DNA of 64,000 bases, taken from contig OZ037767.1 of assembly GCA_964035545.1 (NCBI GenBank), positions 21,282,628 through 21,346,627 of the forward strand, read 5' to 3'. Positions 13,338 to 27,300 of the stretch are shown here, piece after piece. The stretch's first letter is position 1; each line of letters starts with the position of its first letter. The DNA is from Bugula neritina (lineage: Eukaryota; Animalia; Bryozoa). The translations under genes were made by a program, and so were the position numbers. The notes beneath the pieces are model-generated. The model was not told the DNA's origin. It searched no databases and saw only the letters and a program-made list of their open reading frames with translations.

Positions 13338-14520
13338 AGCTGGAACTCGTTCTCTAAGTTATATACTATATACTGCATACAGCAGCAATACACATTGTTT
13401 TAATGGTGCAGCTCAATGTCTATTGTCATAAGCTGCGACACACATCTAACCAACCTGTTCACCAACTTGCCTTGTGAATTAGGCTCTTCATTGATGTGCA
13501 AATTTATGAGAAGAGAGGGTAGTGTTATGAACATGGGTGTGATTGATGGGCAACTTGTCAATCTGTTGCCATGAAATCAACCAGCTAAATCGTTTCTGAC
13601 GGTAAAATATGTATTGAAATATTTTCTGTGGTTAAGTGTTGTTTGACACGTGAATTATAAAAAAGATCATTACATGTTTTATCTACGCTAAAGGCGTACA
13701 CTCCCAGGTTACCATCTTTTTTACAACACTAGATTGGTTTCAGACAAACAGTGAAGACATGATGCTATTGACACTTTTTTTTTATTTGTACTGATTATAC
13801 ATGAAATAATAACAAATAGGTTTCGATAATAGCAATTATAATGCACAGCTAAAAGCTTAAAATAATTTCAAGAACAAAAAATAGCTTTTAACATTCTAGT
13901 GGCGTATTGTCAAAAGTGAGCAAAGTATCTAATAACAATAAAAATTACATGCTATATAATAACAATAAAAACATGTTATATAATAACAATAGAAACATGT
14001 TATATAATAACAATAGAAATATGTTATTGTGTAAATGGAACTAGAGATCCTGCAGGTAGCCTATAGATTTATGCCAATGTCTACGGAAGTAAATGGGTGA
14101 AATAATTATTGGGAGAACATGAAGAAAAAGTGCAATCAATGTTTGGTAAGCAATAGTAAAAAATAGGGCCTACCTTTTTTAAATTCTGTGGATTTCAGGC
14201 TACCTGAACAGGACAGAGCGATATAGATGAGGATAGGCGAGGAATAGATTTCAGGCTACTCAGAAGCAAGTCCTCAACCTCTATCAAATGCTGTCTGCCT
14301 TGTTTATATCTGCGCCTTTCCTTTCTGTTCTAATGTGATCAAGTTACTATTTTTTCAAAACAAATTACTTTAGGTTAATTGCACCAAAACTCTGGCGTCA
14401 TCTTGCAAAATGCACTTTGAATATTAATCTGTAATGCCGATCTATTTTTCTTTTCAAGTGAAGAAAATAAATTGAAACAAAAATACATGGCATGAAAAGA
14501 ATCTCTGCAAGTTGTAATTA

Positions 14521-14696
14521 CAGTGCTCCCTCCATATTTCACATTTTCATTTCTTGGACCCCGTTTTTTGGGGTATGTATGTGTGTATAGACAGAATGGT
14601 AGAATTTAGCAGATCTATGAGTTAAGTCTGGCATTCTACTAGGTCACGAATTGAGGTTTCGGGCTTACAGCTTGGTGAGATGCGGAGGGAGCACTG
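14521..14696. mobile_element. 176-bp MITE, Tc1/mariner-pogo type
   Basis: TIR CAGTGCTCCCTCC...GGAGGGAGCACTG (22 bp, 3 mismatches), flanked by TA on both sides. Confidence 0.8.
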
Positions 14697-17329
14697 TATT
14701 TCAATCCTTTATTAAGCCTGCATTCATGAGCCTGCATAATAGACTGATTTACTAAAAAAGATAAATATACTTTGCCAGTTTCTACAGCTGAAAACTAAAA
14801 ATATTTACTAAAAATAAGATAGGATTTGGAACAAGAAGATCTTTAAAGTGGGATATAAATGTCAAAATGCTTCCTCATTAAAATTAATGAGCTGATTTAT
14901 AAGCACAACCTGCTACCGAGAATTTACATGATTAGCCTTAATAGCCTTATTGATCTTCACTGGAAAAAGAGTCATGTGCCTGATGTAAGAGCTCAATGCC
15001 ATAATTTTGAGAATAATCCAGACAGATAAGAATCACATGTTTAGAAAGGTTTACACTTTAATCTTTATTTTGTATAGGTTATAATTAAAATATGATATTA
15101 GTTTATGATGCTATAAAGTCCTACATATATTAGGTTTAGCTTGCTGACCTGTGATGATCTCTATCACTTTGTGAGACTTTAGATTTGAGGCTATAGTGAT
15201 GATGAGTGCTTTGAATAGAAGAGGTAGGTGCAGCAATGGAAAAATTAAGAAAACCCTATGCACTAGATTAGAAACATAGCAAAAGAAGTTATGTTCTCAA
15301 GAATTTAAACACTTGAACCAAACCAAACTTGAGAATTAAGTTTATTGAAATGTCTCCACTACTCTACTTAAATGATTTAAGAATAAATTACTTGTATCAA
15401 CTTAAACCATTTATAATGTAAAGCCTTGTGTGCTTAATGGGTGGAATTATTCAAGGCTGAATTATTCATTTTTCTCTTTACATATATAATACAAGAATAT
15501 ATGCAATGTAAAAACTACTAATAAAATAAACCTAAATTTAGAAAGGAGCAATCATCTATCATTCTGTTCATTAAAACTAAATGATTTTCTATAGCTTTAT
15601 AACAAAAATTCCTTCTTCTATTTGTATCTGGTTATCTCTGGTATGTAGCTGACACAATATTACATTTTATTGCTTTTACTCCTACACATAGCTATTATAT
15701 TATGTAATATACTTACCATACATATTTTCTTGTGATATTTTGGTAATACTCTGGATTAGAGAGTGAAACAGAATTTATATATTATTTTGTATTTCAATGC
15801 TATTATTTTTATGGAAATATCATCAGATGTCAGTTGCCACACTTTGAGTTGCGTCTACCATTCACCTTGTTCCATACTTAGTTATGGTAAACAGCAATTT
15901 TCTTCAACTGTTAGCTGAACTTAGTTGGGTTGTCAGTTGAGTAATTAGTTGAGTGTCACTCAAATGAGAGGTTGTGGATTTGAACCCCTGGTGTGTTAGT
16001 TTTGAAACAAATCTTCAGCAAACTTTGCACCTTACCTTACAAAGTGTGTTTTGTCAGGACTAAGGGTGATCATAACTAGAACTAAAAGCTGGGGAAGCTA
16101 GAAAAATTAGCAACTCATAAACCACGTCAAGTTACGATATAGAGAACAAACCATAAAGCTTAGGACAGTAATGAGATGGTAAACGATACTCAAAAATCCA
16201 ACGAAAATACTTACGAGAAGATTATGAGTATCATTACTATCTTATTAAATTATCATTATTATAAAAAATAATGATAATACAAGTATAGCAGTACTTGGAG
16301 TAGCTAAAAACAAACACTCACTGATTTAACAGACAACCTTAGTAAGATCAGCTCACAGCTTAAGAACATTCTCATCCATCCCAGCCCAATGGCTGAGGGC
16401 AGATTACCATTGCCATTGGCATAGTTTCACTAAACTGTGAAAATTGCATTAACAAAAAACTGTTGTATAACCAAAAATACTATTAGTATTATTACTTTAT
16501 CTGGTATGCATACAGAGTGTCTATTTCAATTTTTCAGCTTTAGCTTATAATTTATTAGTAACTTTTATTTATGCACTAAAAAGTATGATTTTTAAGACTG
16601 TTGTTACTTAATGTATTAATAACACTAAGCCTGGTGAGTAATTATAACTTATACCACAATATGAGTAGTAATACCATAACTATAAGCTCATGACCACTTC
16701 AATTATGTGCAGCTGCTAATATTCTTCTTTTAAAAGTTTAGGCTGTACATAAAACTATGATGATATTTATGAACATTAATTGTTTATTTTTCTTTCTTAT
16801 TCCGATATCCTTCTTAGAATTACACGTCTTTATCTGGTGTTATTGCAGTATAATAAATTGAAGAATGGCTGATCATAGTCACTTCATTATAATTATAATT
16901 ATGATAGGCTCAGGCATAGTCAGTCAATTAAAATTGAATTTTAATTTTAAAATAAACATTGATATAAGACTAGGAGTCGTTATTATAATTCCACTGAATA
17001 AAACAAGTAGATGCAGATATTTTACTGTACGGTAGCTGTTATTTAACAAGCTATATCTAGTACAAATGTAAAAGTAAATTATCAATTATTCTCAAAACCA
17101 AAGTACTGCTGCTGCCTTGACATGAAACTACATTTGATCTTTACCATCGACCAATGGTATTGCAAGCTGGTAGGACTTGATAGTAAAGTTCTAGAAGTTA
17201 GCACTAGCAACGACTAACGATGGTTTATAAACTTTTGCATTTCTCATCATTTTAAAGTTGATGAAAAATATAATAATCACAGTTGGTCATAATTTTGGCT
17301 TCAGTTAGACTGAAGTAAAGAAAGGAGCA

Positions 17330-17650
17330 GAGCAGCTTGTACACGGGCAGATTATTTTGGCTGATTTTATACTAGCTGATTTCTCTATGACTGAATTTGC
17401 AATTAGCCGAGAAATTTTTGTTATTCTTCTGCTTGCATTTTATTGGTGGATGGCTCTCAGTCTATATAACCTCAGGTCATGACTGACCTGAAACAATTTC
17501 AACAATGGCGTAATTTTTGCTGCCTTTTGATTGGCTGGTACAACCGAATATCGGAGAGAAATTGATCATGCTCAATTGTAAAAATCAAGCGAAAAACCGG
17601 CCGAAAGCAAATTTTATGACCTAACAAAATTGGCCTGTGTATATGTAGCT
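17330..17650. mobile_element. Possible degenerate MITE
   Basis: Imperfect terminal inverted similarity (TACACGGGC / GCCTGTGTA) and a central palindrome AGGTCA-TGAC-TGACCT; ends uncertain. Confidence 0.3.
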
Positions 17651-18345
17651 TAACCCAGTTAAGCAGTGCTAGTATTTTCTTGGACGAGTAAATAACCTAG
17701 AGAAAAAAGAATATAATTTGTATCAACAAATTCTTTATTGCTGAGTATAATAGAACTACACAGATAGGTAATATACAGGTATCCAGGTAATGTGATGATA
17801 TATCAATATGATGAGTAGGCTAACCAGTTCCATATTGCTACAAGAGGATACATACAGAGTAATATGATTGCTGTGACTACTGATTAAAATATTATACTAA
17901 GCATAGGATATGATGAAATGAAGGTAATATACAGTGTAGGCTCAATTTTGACAATAGAAGCACCAAAACCAGTGTTAGAAAATGCAAATATAACAAAATA
18001 ATAAGACAATAAAATAGTATTACATATTAATGTAACATAATTATATAACAATTACTATATATAATAATAAATTATGTACAGCATTTACTTAGACAATATT
18101 GCCTATTTCTCATATCCAGAGGTTAAATAAAATTTGAATAAATAAGAGCAATAGTAGACAATTCCAAAGAGCATAGCGTATACATGATATAAAGTATGCA
18201 GGTTGGAATGTTACGTCACTGTACATTGGTCATTGAAAGGACAGATTATTGATAATAGTTTTCCTTTATGCTAAATCAGATAAAAAATAGGATAACTCCA
18301 CATAAGTATACATTAAGCCTACAATGTCTAAATATAGCCTTCAAT

Positions 18346-21300
18346 TCATGCATGTAGTGAGCCTTTGTGGGGCGAAGTTGTGACCACTAAAGGCATTTCA
18401 CTTGTGTTAGCCCAAACACCACTGTTATCGTCAATCTGCTGAGGGCTGATATAGTTTACAATACCCTGTAAAGACTTTCTTGCAAGGAAAACAGGCCATG
18501 GTTCATTACCACACGACTTTTCATCATCAGACGATACGAGGAGAGTGCGAGACGGTTTCACTGCAAAACAAGCACATGAATGCAACAGTTTTACCTGGCA
18601 ACAGCCATTAACACATACAAACATTATTTACCACTTTATTATACAACATTTTACACCCTGTCACTATATTATATCACATATTACAGAGTGCTATATATTA
18701 TATATTACACAGGGTTATATATCACATATCACACAGTGTTATATATCGCATATTACACAGTGTTATATATTACACAATGTTATATATTACACAGTGTTAT
18801 ATATCATATATTACACAGCGTTATATATCATATATTGCGCAGTGTTACATATCATATATTGCACAGTGTTATATATCATATATTACACAGTGTTATATAT
18901 CATATACTACACAGTGCATTACATGTTACACATATTAATAGACACTCACACTGAGGACTGTTGAAGGTTTCGAAAGTATTCAATGAGTCATAAGGGTTGT
19001 GTGAAGATATCAATGAATCAGAGCCAGTATGACCAGAAGTCAATGCGCTAGGCAACCAATCACCAAAGAAGACAGCAAAGCATAAAACCATAACCTGTAA
19101 ACAAATAGTAGCTTGTGATATAATGCAACTTTCATATGACCAGTTGTGATGTGATCAATGTATTATCCACAACTTCTGAAAACTATTTCAAGAGGAAACG
19201 CATTTGTAAACTCATACATTGGCAGATAATGCCCTACATGATTCTATACTCTTACATATTGTCGCATATTATCATATAATGTACCCTATCATCACATATG
19301 GTCAAATATTATCATATATCATATATGGTCATATGTTTTTGCTATATAGGCATTGCCCAAGGGCTGTTTGTATTTCAATTAACCACAATAACACTCCTAC
19401 TGCCTACCAACGTGGAGTAAAAATATAACTTCCACCTTATTAATTATGTTCTTTTCTCAATACTTGAGTGCATTTGCTCATCGAAAGAAATATATTTTAT
19501 TAGAGTTGTGTATGAGGTGAGAACAGAGGAAATAACTCCAAGTGGTGGGTGTAAACTGACACCAGGAGCAGACAACTACCAAGCAGCCTTATAGTCACTA
19601 TGTTTCTTACAGCGAGACAGATGCCAGTCTGAGCAGTAGTTGGCTGGGGAGACAACTTCTTCACAATGTTCTGGAGCCTGGCCAGCTGAGCCATCAGTGA
19701 TTGGTTGCTTTTCTCAAACTTCTCACATTTACCTCTCAATTCCGAGTTCTCTTGGGATATATCTTCCATCCTGAATACATATTAGAGGTGTCAACTACTA
19801 TACTACACATTGTATATAATACAGGTGTCAACTACTATACTACACCTTGTACATAATATAGGTGGCAGCTGGTAGCAGGTGAATGAGAGCAGCTAAGGGC
19901 AAAGACTAGAACACATGACATTAAGAGGTTAGCTGATAAGTGACTAAAATAATATGGGTCATCTCAATTTAGTACACACAGAAAAAAATTATCAACAAAT
20001 TTATTTTTCAGTGGGTGAAATTTATCAATTAGTCATTTTTTCAACAAAAAATGCATAATATAGCTTAAATATACTAATTTTATAATAAATTAAAAGGTTT
20101 TTAATCCTAGGGCATAGTGAGTTCACATATTTGAAGCGTCAGAGAGTCAGACGACATCATTTTTGAAAACATGTCCGTATTTTGCACTGTACTAATTATT
20201 TTGAGATGACCCATATGCAATTCCTATTCTATGAAATTAGCATTCGTTTGATAAGTTTAGTGCAATTTATATAATTTAATAAATTAAAAAAGAATCTATC
20301 ACTGAAATGAATAACATACAGCTAGTAGAAAATATCACACTGTCATAACATACATATCACAGTATACCACACTGTCACAGTATATCACACTGTCACAGTA
20401 TACCACACTGTCACAGTATACCACACTGCCACAGTATACCACACTGCCACAGTACACCACACTGTCACAGTATACCACACTGTCACAGTATACCACACTG
20501 TCACAGTATACCACACTGCCACAGTACACCACACTGTCACAGTATATCACACTGTCACAGTATACCACACTGTCACAGTATACCACACTGCCACAGTATA
20601 CCACACTGCCACAGTATACCACACTGCCACAGTACACCACACTGTCACAGTATACCACACTGTCACAGTATATCACACTGTCACAGGATGGCATGGCATA
20701 CTGAGTAATGGAGATACGGCACTGGGTAAAAACCAAGTCTAAACAGAGGAGAGAGTGAATCTTGAACTCAGGCAAGACAAGAAGACAAATTTGTGAGTCC
20801 AAACAAGCAGAGGCCTCATAAAAAGGCTGGAGATCATGTGAGAGAGAGATGCTGGTACAATAGAGGCAATAAGTTATGCAATTCATCCCTCCATGTTGGA
20901 TTTACAGAAACTTTTAAGAAAGAGGAAGTGATAAAAGCATAATGGAAGGCAATGAGAAGTCAAAGAGAAAAGCCACCACTGGATGATGAATGAAGTGATA
21001 GAAGATAGTGTGGATAATGAAATAAGCCAAGGAGAATATGAGAGGAGGATATGGGAGGAGAGTATGGGAGGATATGGGAGGAGAGTATGGGAGGATATGG
21101 GAGGAGAGTATAGGAGGATATGGGAGGAGAGTATGGGAGGATATGGGAGGAGAGTATAGGAGGATATGGGAGGAGAGTATGGGAGGATATGGGAGGAGAG
21201 TATAGGAGGAGCATATAGGAAGATATGGGAGGAGATAATCGAAAGAGGATATGGGAAGAGGATATGGGAGAAGAGTATAGGAGGATATAGGAGGGTAGAA

Positions 21301-24300
21301 GAGGAGAGTATAGATCCAAAGAGACAGACACTTGGTACACAAAATGTAAGTGGATGCTCATTCTATCAGATGTTGAATAAATTTGTAGCAATAAACTCAT
21401 AGTTTACAGGAGTACAAGAAAGAATAAAAAAGCTGAAATAAACTCAAGTTATTCCAACCTCCATTTACAGCGAAACTAGCTGAATTTAAAAACAGGTTTT
21501 ATGATGATTAATGAGTTTCATAACATGTTTTCAACACATCAAATAGCAAAACATCAGTCAATCTGTAGCTTACAAGTTCTTGACTCAAAAATGGGAGGCA
21601 GAGTAGAGCCTCCAGTACCGCAAGATATCGCATTAAGAAGGTCTACAGCGCATAAGGTGGTTGACAGACATAATGCAGAGCTAATCCTTATGAACTGCCC
21701 TCAGATTTTGACATCTAATCTTCATGAAATGAGGGCATCCATCGCAGTTACCATTTAGGAGACCATAAATAACCGACAGCGCGTGCTAGTTGTATTTACT
21801 AATACTACTATTATACTGGTACTCACTGGTAGTACTTGCCAGTGAGTACTGGTATAGTGAGTACTGCAATCATACAGTGCATTCACTACGACTGTACAAC
21901 GTCAAGAGCGTGTGAGCTATGAACAGAGGGAAGTACGTGACTGCCTCACGAGAGAAGGCCGCAAGGGCGCACACCGCAGCACACGCCAAAGCTCCGTATT
22001 TTGTTCAGACGATGAATTAACTGTTGTTAACAGGTAAATCGGCTGTCAGCTATTCATACCTTGACACATGCCAGGAACGTTTAATAAAATTAATTTTTTG
22101 TTACGTTTTAAAGTGCGAGGTATGCGAAGAAATAAATTATGTGGAGAGGAAGAGAGAGACGGGCGTTGGGGAAGGCGTGGTGGTGATTGATGGTTGATAA
22201 AAACGAAGACTAATGAATCAATAAGAGCCACAACTAGTAATAAGTAGTAGTAGTTGACTATAACTAGTAACTACTGATTATAACTAGTAACTATGTATTA
22301 TAACTATAGTAACTATTGATTTTAACTAGTAACTCTAAATTATGTACTAACTACATTAATCATTAACTAGTAACTAAGAACTACCATAAACTGACTAGTT
22401 CTACTCACTTTTTCTCCAAATGGTCCATGTATTCTTTCCTTTTTCTTCGACTCTCTTGGGCAGAAATTTTATTCTTAATTTTTCTTCGAACTTTTTTCAG
22501 ATTTTTTTCTTCAATTTTTGATAATGGCAGCTTCGTGGGAATGGGATAGCCTTCGGATATGAGAGTTCGCTTCTCTTCTTCAGTCAACACGAGGATACCA
22601 GACGTGGGGATCTACACAGTACAAGCAGACATACAGCTTCAGCTAGAGGGTAGATATCTGTCGGCCATTATTCTTTCTCGGTCTATTTGAATTTTCAGGC
22701 TTAATATGAAGTGCTTAGAAATTTTTTTGAATGGCCAATTGAAAAATGGTTTGTAAACATTTGGGTATTGATTTCAATATCACAGTGTCTTCAAATTTTA
22801 AAAGTGGTATTTTTATGGTATTTAGAGGATTTTGTTATGAAAAATCCAAGCTTCATAGCTAAAGTGGACGTAAACATGTGTGGTTATTTTCTAATTTAGC
22901 GGTTTACCTTTACATGTACTCCATAATTGCATATATTATATACCATGCTATTGGGTGTTCCCCCATCATTGAGTTAATATGAAATTTAATTTAGTGAAAT
23001 TATTCATATATAAATGGAATAGTGGCAGTTAGGATCCCACCCGCACCCCAACTTCATGCATAACAAAGATGGATACTATGTGTGCAGCCTTCAGGCTCAC
23101 AGCTAGAAAACTAAAAATACTCATAAATTCTTAAAAACAATTTTAAAAGAATAGTTAAGTCAATGACACCGAGATGCACAGTCTGTGATATTAGTTCACT
23201 TCCTCAGTAGAGACCTATGCATTCCTACGATAATCTTCAGACGTGTTTGCTTCCTTTCATATTGTGCCGGTTAAAACATTCATCCTTTCAACAAGCAGAC
23301 AGGAAGGGTGACTAGGGTAAGCCCCCGCAACACAGCAGCAAGTAGAGGTACAAGGCACACAGGCATTTATAGAATTAATGTGTTTTTCCTGGATGGAAAG
23401 TGTAGAGATGAGTTGTGATAAGAAAATACATTTACAGAATTAAATGAACTGTGAATGAAAACTGAAATGTATAGAGATTGGTTGAAATACCTGCAAACAT
23501 CAACATAACACAGTGACTGATGAAAACATAAATTATAGAATTACAGGTTTTATGACTCCTTTAAAGTAGCTAAAGGTTCCTAAAGACACACAAGAGGGGT
23601 GACTGCAGTAAACAGCCCCAGACAGAGCAGTACTGGAGGTGCAGGGATAGACTCACAGGCTGAGAGTAGATGGCGGTGGCAGGGTTAACCTCTCTGTGGC
23701 TAGACTTGAACACAACCTGTCTGATGGGACTTGGCGTGGGGCTCTCGCGAGGGGAGTTCCCACCGTCACTGTCGCTGCTGGAGCCGGGCGGCGTCAGCGG
23801 CATCACATTCAGGTAGATACCTGTATAGAGCAGATGAGATGTAGTTCAACAGCAGCAGCAGTCAGCTGTATAGTGGGCAGGCTGAATTCAGTGAACTGAA
23901 TTTTTACAGTCAGAATCAAATTAAAATTCAATGAAACTCAAAAAGCTTAAGCATTTAAATCCTATATTTAAAGCAGAGTGTGAAAATAGACTGAACATAG
24001 CATGCCAGTTGTCTGAAAGCTACTGGTATTGCAGGATAGCCTGTGTACCTTCATCCATATCGTCCGACATGTGCTGGGTGGTCATCATCTCGTATCGCTG
24101 TGAGTTCAGGGTGGTCATAGTCGTGGTGATATCAGTCCGTGGTTGTATAGTCTTGGTCAGCAGAATAGAAGACGGCTTCAACAGGCTCTGAAAACAGTAA
24201 AGCAGGTGATTGAAAGAGCAACCGAGATTCTGCAGGGTGACAGAAAAGAATTACAAGGTGACTGAGAGGCTTTGCAGGGTGACTGAGAGCTTTACAGGGT

Positions 24301-27300
24301 GACAGAAAGGCTATAAAAGACGAGCAATTGAAACACCTTTCAGGGTGATGAGGGAACTTTTATAATATAACGTGTTGATGTATTTTATATAATGGTGTGA
24401 GGGAGTGTGTGCTACCAAAGAGTGTACTTGAGAGAGTTGAACAGTCGGTGTCTCTGATGATCTTGTATTACTGGGTTTATCACCATAAACTGCAGCTTAC
24501 AACCGCAAGTCTTTAGAAATATTCTGACATATTACAGTATAGATATTACAGGGGATTATAGAATGGTAATGCAATGAACATGACTCTAATGGATGGATGA
24601 TTAGCTCATTTTTTCTAAACGTTTCCATTAAAAACAACAATTCACCAAACTAGACGGACTTTCAAGTTCCAGTTGCAGAGAATGACGCGAGAATTTGACA
24701 TTTCATGAAAGTATCAACAATTAATGACTGCCGGGAACTTTAGCCTGTCTGCCATCATCAATCAGAGTAAATCTTCATTTCATTTTACAGAAAATGTTAC
24801 ATTACAAGTATGAAAAAAACCCTTTCATCCACTAATATCATAACTGGAAATAGATTAGAGGACATGGAAGTTGGTAGACTCATGTCTGGCCCCAGTAGCA
24901 CTACCTGTTGTTGAGGCGGTCGCCTGGCCTCAATTATGATTGGCTCATTTTTCACAATAATCCGCGGTTCCTGTTTGGTAACCGTCACAGTCTGTATAGC
25001 CCGGGGTTTAGCCTGGGCTCCAACATTTTTGAGGCTATCAACTTCTAGAAGCTTCTACAAGCAAACAGCAGGAAAATAAAATAGTGAGTAAAATAGAGAG
25101 GAAATGCGGTGTACGTGGCTGAACTGGACTCGCCTAATCTAGAACTAAGCTGCTATGTAATGGCAGAACATATTATATCATATATAATAATAGTATGAAA
25201 ACTAACCACTATGTAACAATATAATGTATTATTATATCATATATACTAATAGTCTGAAAACAAGCCCCTATGTAACAATATAATGTATATTATATCATAT
25301 ATACTAATAGTCTAGAAACAAGGTGCTGAGTGTTAAGTAATAGTACCTTATATTGTTATATATTAAACTATCTGTACTGAGAGTATTTATATGTAAATCT
25401 ATGGAGAATCATAGGATTAGCACAGCTGGTTGATGGTCAATGCACAGAGCATTAGGAAGTGAAGTCATGATAGTTGACAGGCAGAGGCCAGTGGTTGCTC
25501 GGATTAGGGTGGTGGAAAGACGGATGGAGCTGATAAGGAGTTGGTTGTCGTACAGCAAGTTTCAGAGAATTCAAGGACCAGCATTGCCAAATCAACTTAA
25601 AATTAATCATTCCTGTCGCAACAACTTGCAATGTTCCTGTCACGCCAAAAGCCAAGCATTCTCGCATAAGTAATGTTCAAGAGGAAAGAAGGTTCAGTAG
25701 AGGAGAGGAATCTCTGATGATAAGGAGGTGACGAAAGTTTCACATGAAAACATTTCTCGACAATACTTGGCAATGACAGGCAGCATTGTTACTCTAGACA
25801 GAATGAGAGAACAGACAGCGACAGACAGCAGAAGGCTTATGTTTCCATTGCAAAGTGATGGTCCAATTGAAGGCAGGAAATATCTAGTTATTTTTATGAG
25901 CAAAAGGGAAATATTACACCTGGCTGTTAGTGCTTATTCCTCATAACAAAGTGGTATGTTTTGCATGCCAAGGCAGTTAAATGTTGACTCCGGTGTTTGA
26001 TGAGATCGGAGCAGGGAGTGAAGGGGGTGGCTGTGACTTCATCATCAACAGCAGCGTGCAATAATTAAGTCAGCATGTCAGCAGTTGATGTTCAGTAATT
26101 ATATTACAAGAAGCCCGGTGTGCTGGGTTGAAGCTATAAAAACATGCACCTGAAAATATTTATGCCTGATAGCAATTAGCATGTAAGCCGTAACAATTTA
26201 TTGTGTCTTATCCACTTTTAATTGAAAGTCTAATTGTTTCCAAATATTGCCCAGAAATTTGTTATTTTCAAAACTCATTTGCTGTGGGTGTACTGAGTGA
26301 AGAATAGATAGCTGGGTACCAGCCGAGTTGAGGTTATTTTAGCCTATCACCACGCATGAAGTTTTAAAATGTCCATAAATATAGTGATTGTTGTGTAACC
26401 ATGTGATGCAAGGTGTTATGATGCTCTGTAGTGCCAACTGAGGAGTTTAACAAACAATAAATATTAGAATATAATAGTGCGTGTTGTTTATTATATGCAG
26501 GCTATCAATCTTCCAAAGTCTACATCAGGATGCTGCCTCTGCTGACAATGCAGCAGCAGGCAACGCTGCCAGGGTCGGTTTAGTAGAACTACAACTCACT
26601 TATCAGTTTACTGTTGTCAGCAAACAACCTAACTAAATATCTGTTCACCTAATCTGTAGTGGAGTAGTGAAAGCTACACAACCCCCTGTATTTCTCCCTT
26701 CTAATAATCTTACTGAATGTATACAGAGCTCTTCACTGTGACCAAGGAGGGGAATATAATTAGACTAAGAGTAAATTCCAGACTGATATACACCTAGCAA
26801 CTATATATATAACCATATATATAATAATATATAATATAGTTACTACTCGATGCCTGGGGCTGAGCCTGGAGTTTGTCTACTGTTACTAACGACACAACTG
26901 AAGGAGCTCATTACATCACCCAACCCTACTACATTTACTGTATTTCTCTTATATCTAATCAACGTTCTCCTCCCAAACTGATGGCGTGCACAGCTAATGG
27001 TGTGTAACTCTTGCTTTACCAACACACTGCAGTCTAGTGTGAAGGCAGTGATGAAGTATGAGATGGCACCTCTCAGCCATCGCAGGTGCCAATTAGCAGA
27101 ATATTCTCATTTATATTAGAGCAAAAGATTAAACATTAGATTTGGAGTGCAAAGCAACTAACTGTTTGTATTCCCCTTCATACCTGGAGTTTACAGTTAA
27201 CTTAAACAATGTATACTGTTGAGTAGCTGTATCTGAACACCAACAGTAGCTGCCCATGTAACTGTCTCAGGTGGGTCTAATGACAGAACAACACACCTGT

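Noticed and set aside
15910-16100. tRNA or tRNA-derived SINE-like segment (GGATTTGAACCC B-box-like)
   Set aside because: No cloverleaf, no second copy and no TSD visible.
16122-16129. TGACGTGG (CREB3/XBP1-type site) on the minus strand upstream of COLGALT paralog 2
   Set aside because: A single 8-mer is roughly expected by chance in 64 kb, and the TSS is unknown.
20700-20880. LINE endonuclease-like peptide CLDLVFTQ on the minus strand
   Set aside because: Only one short motif, with no other EN or RT motifs nearby.
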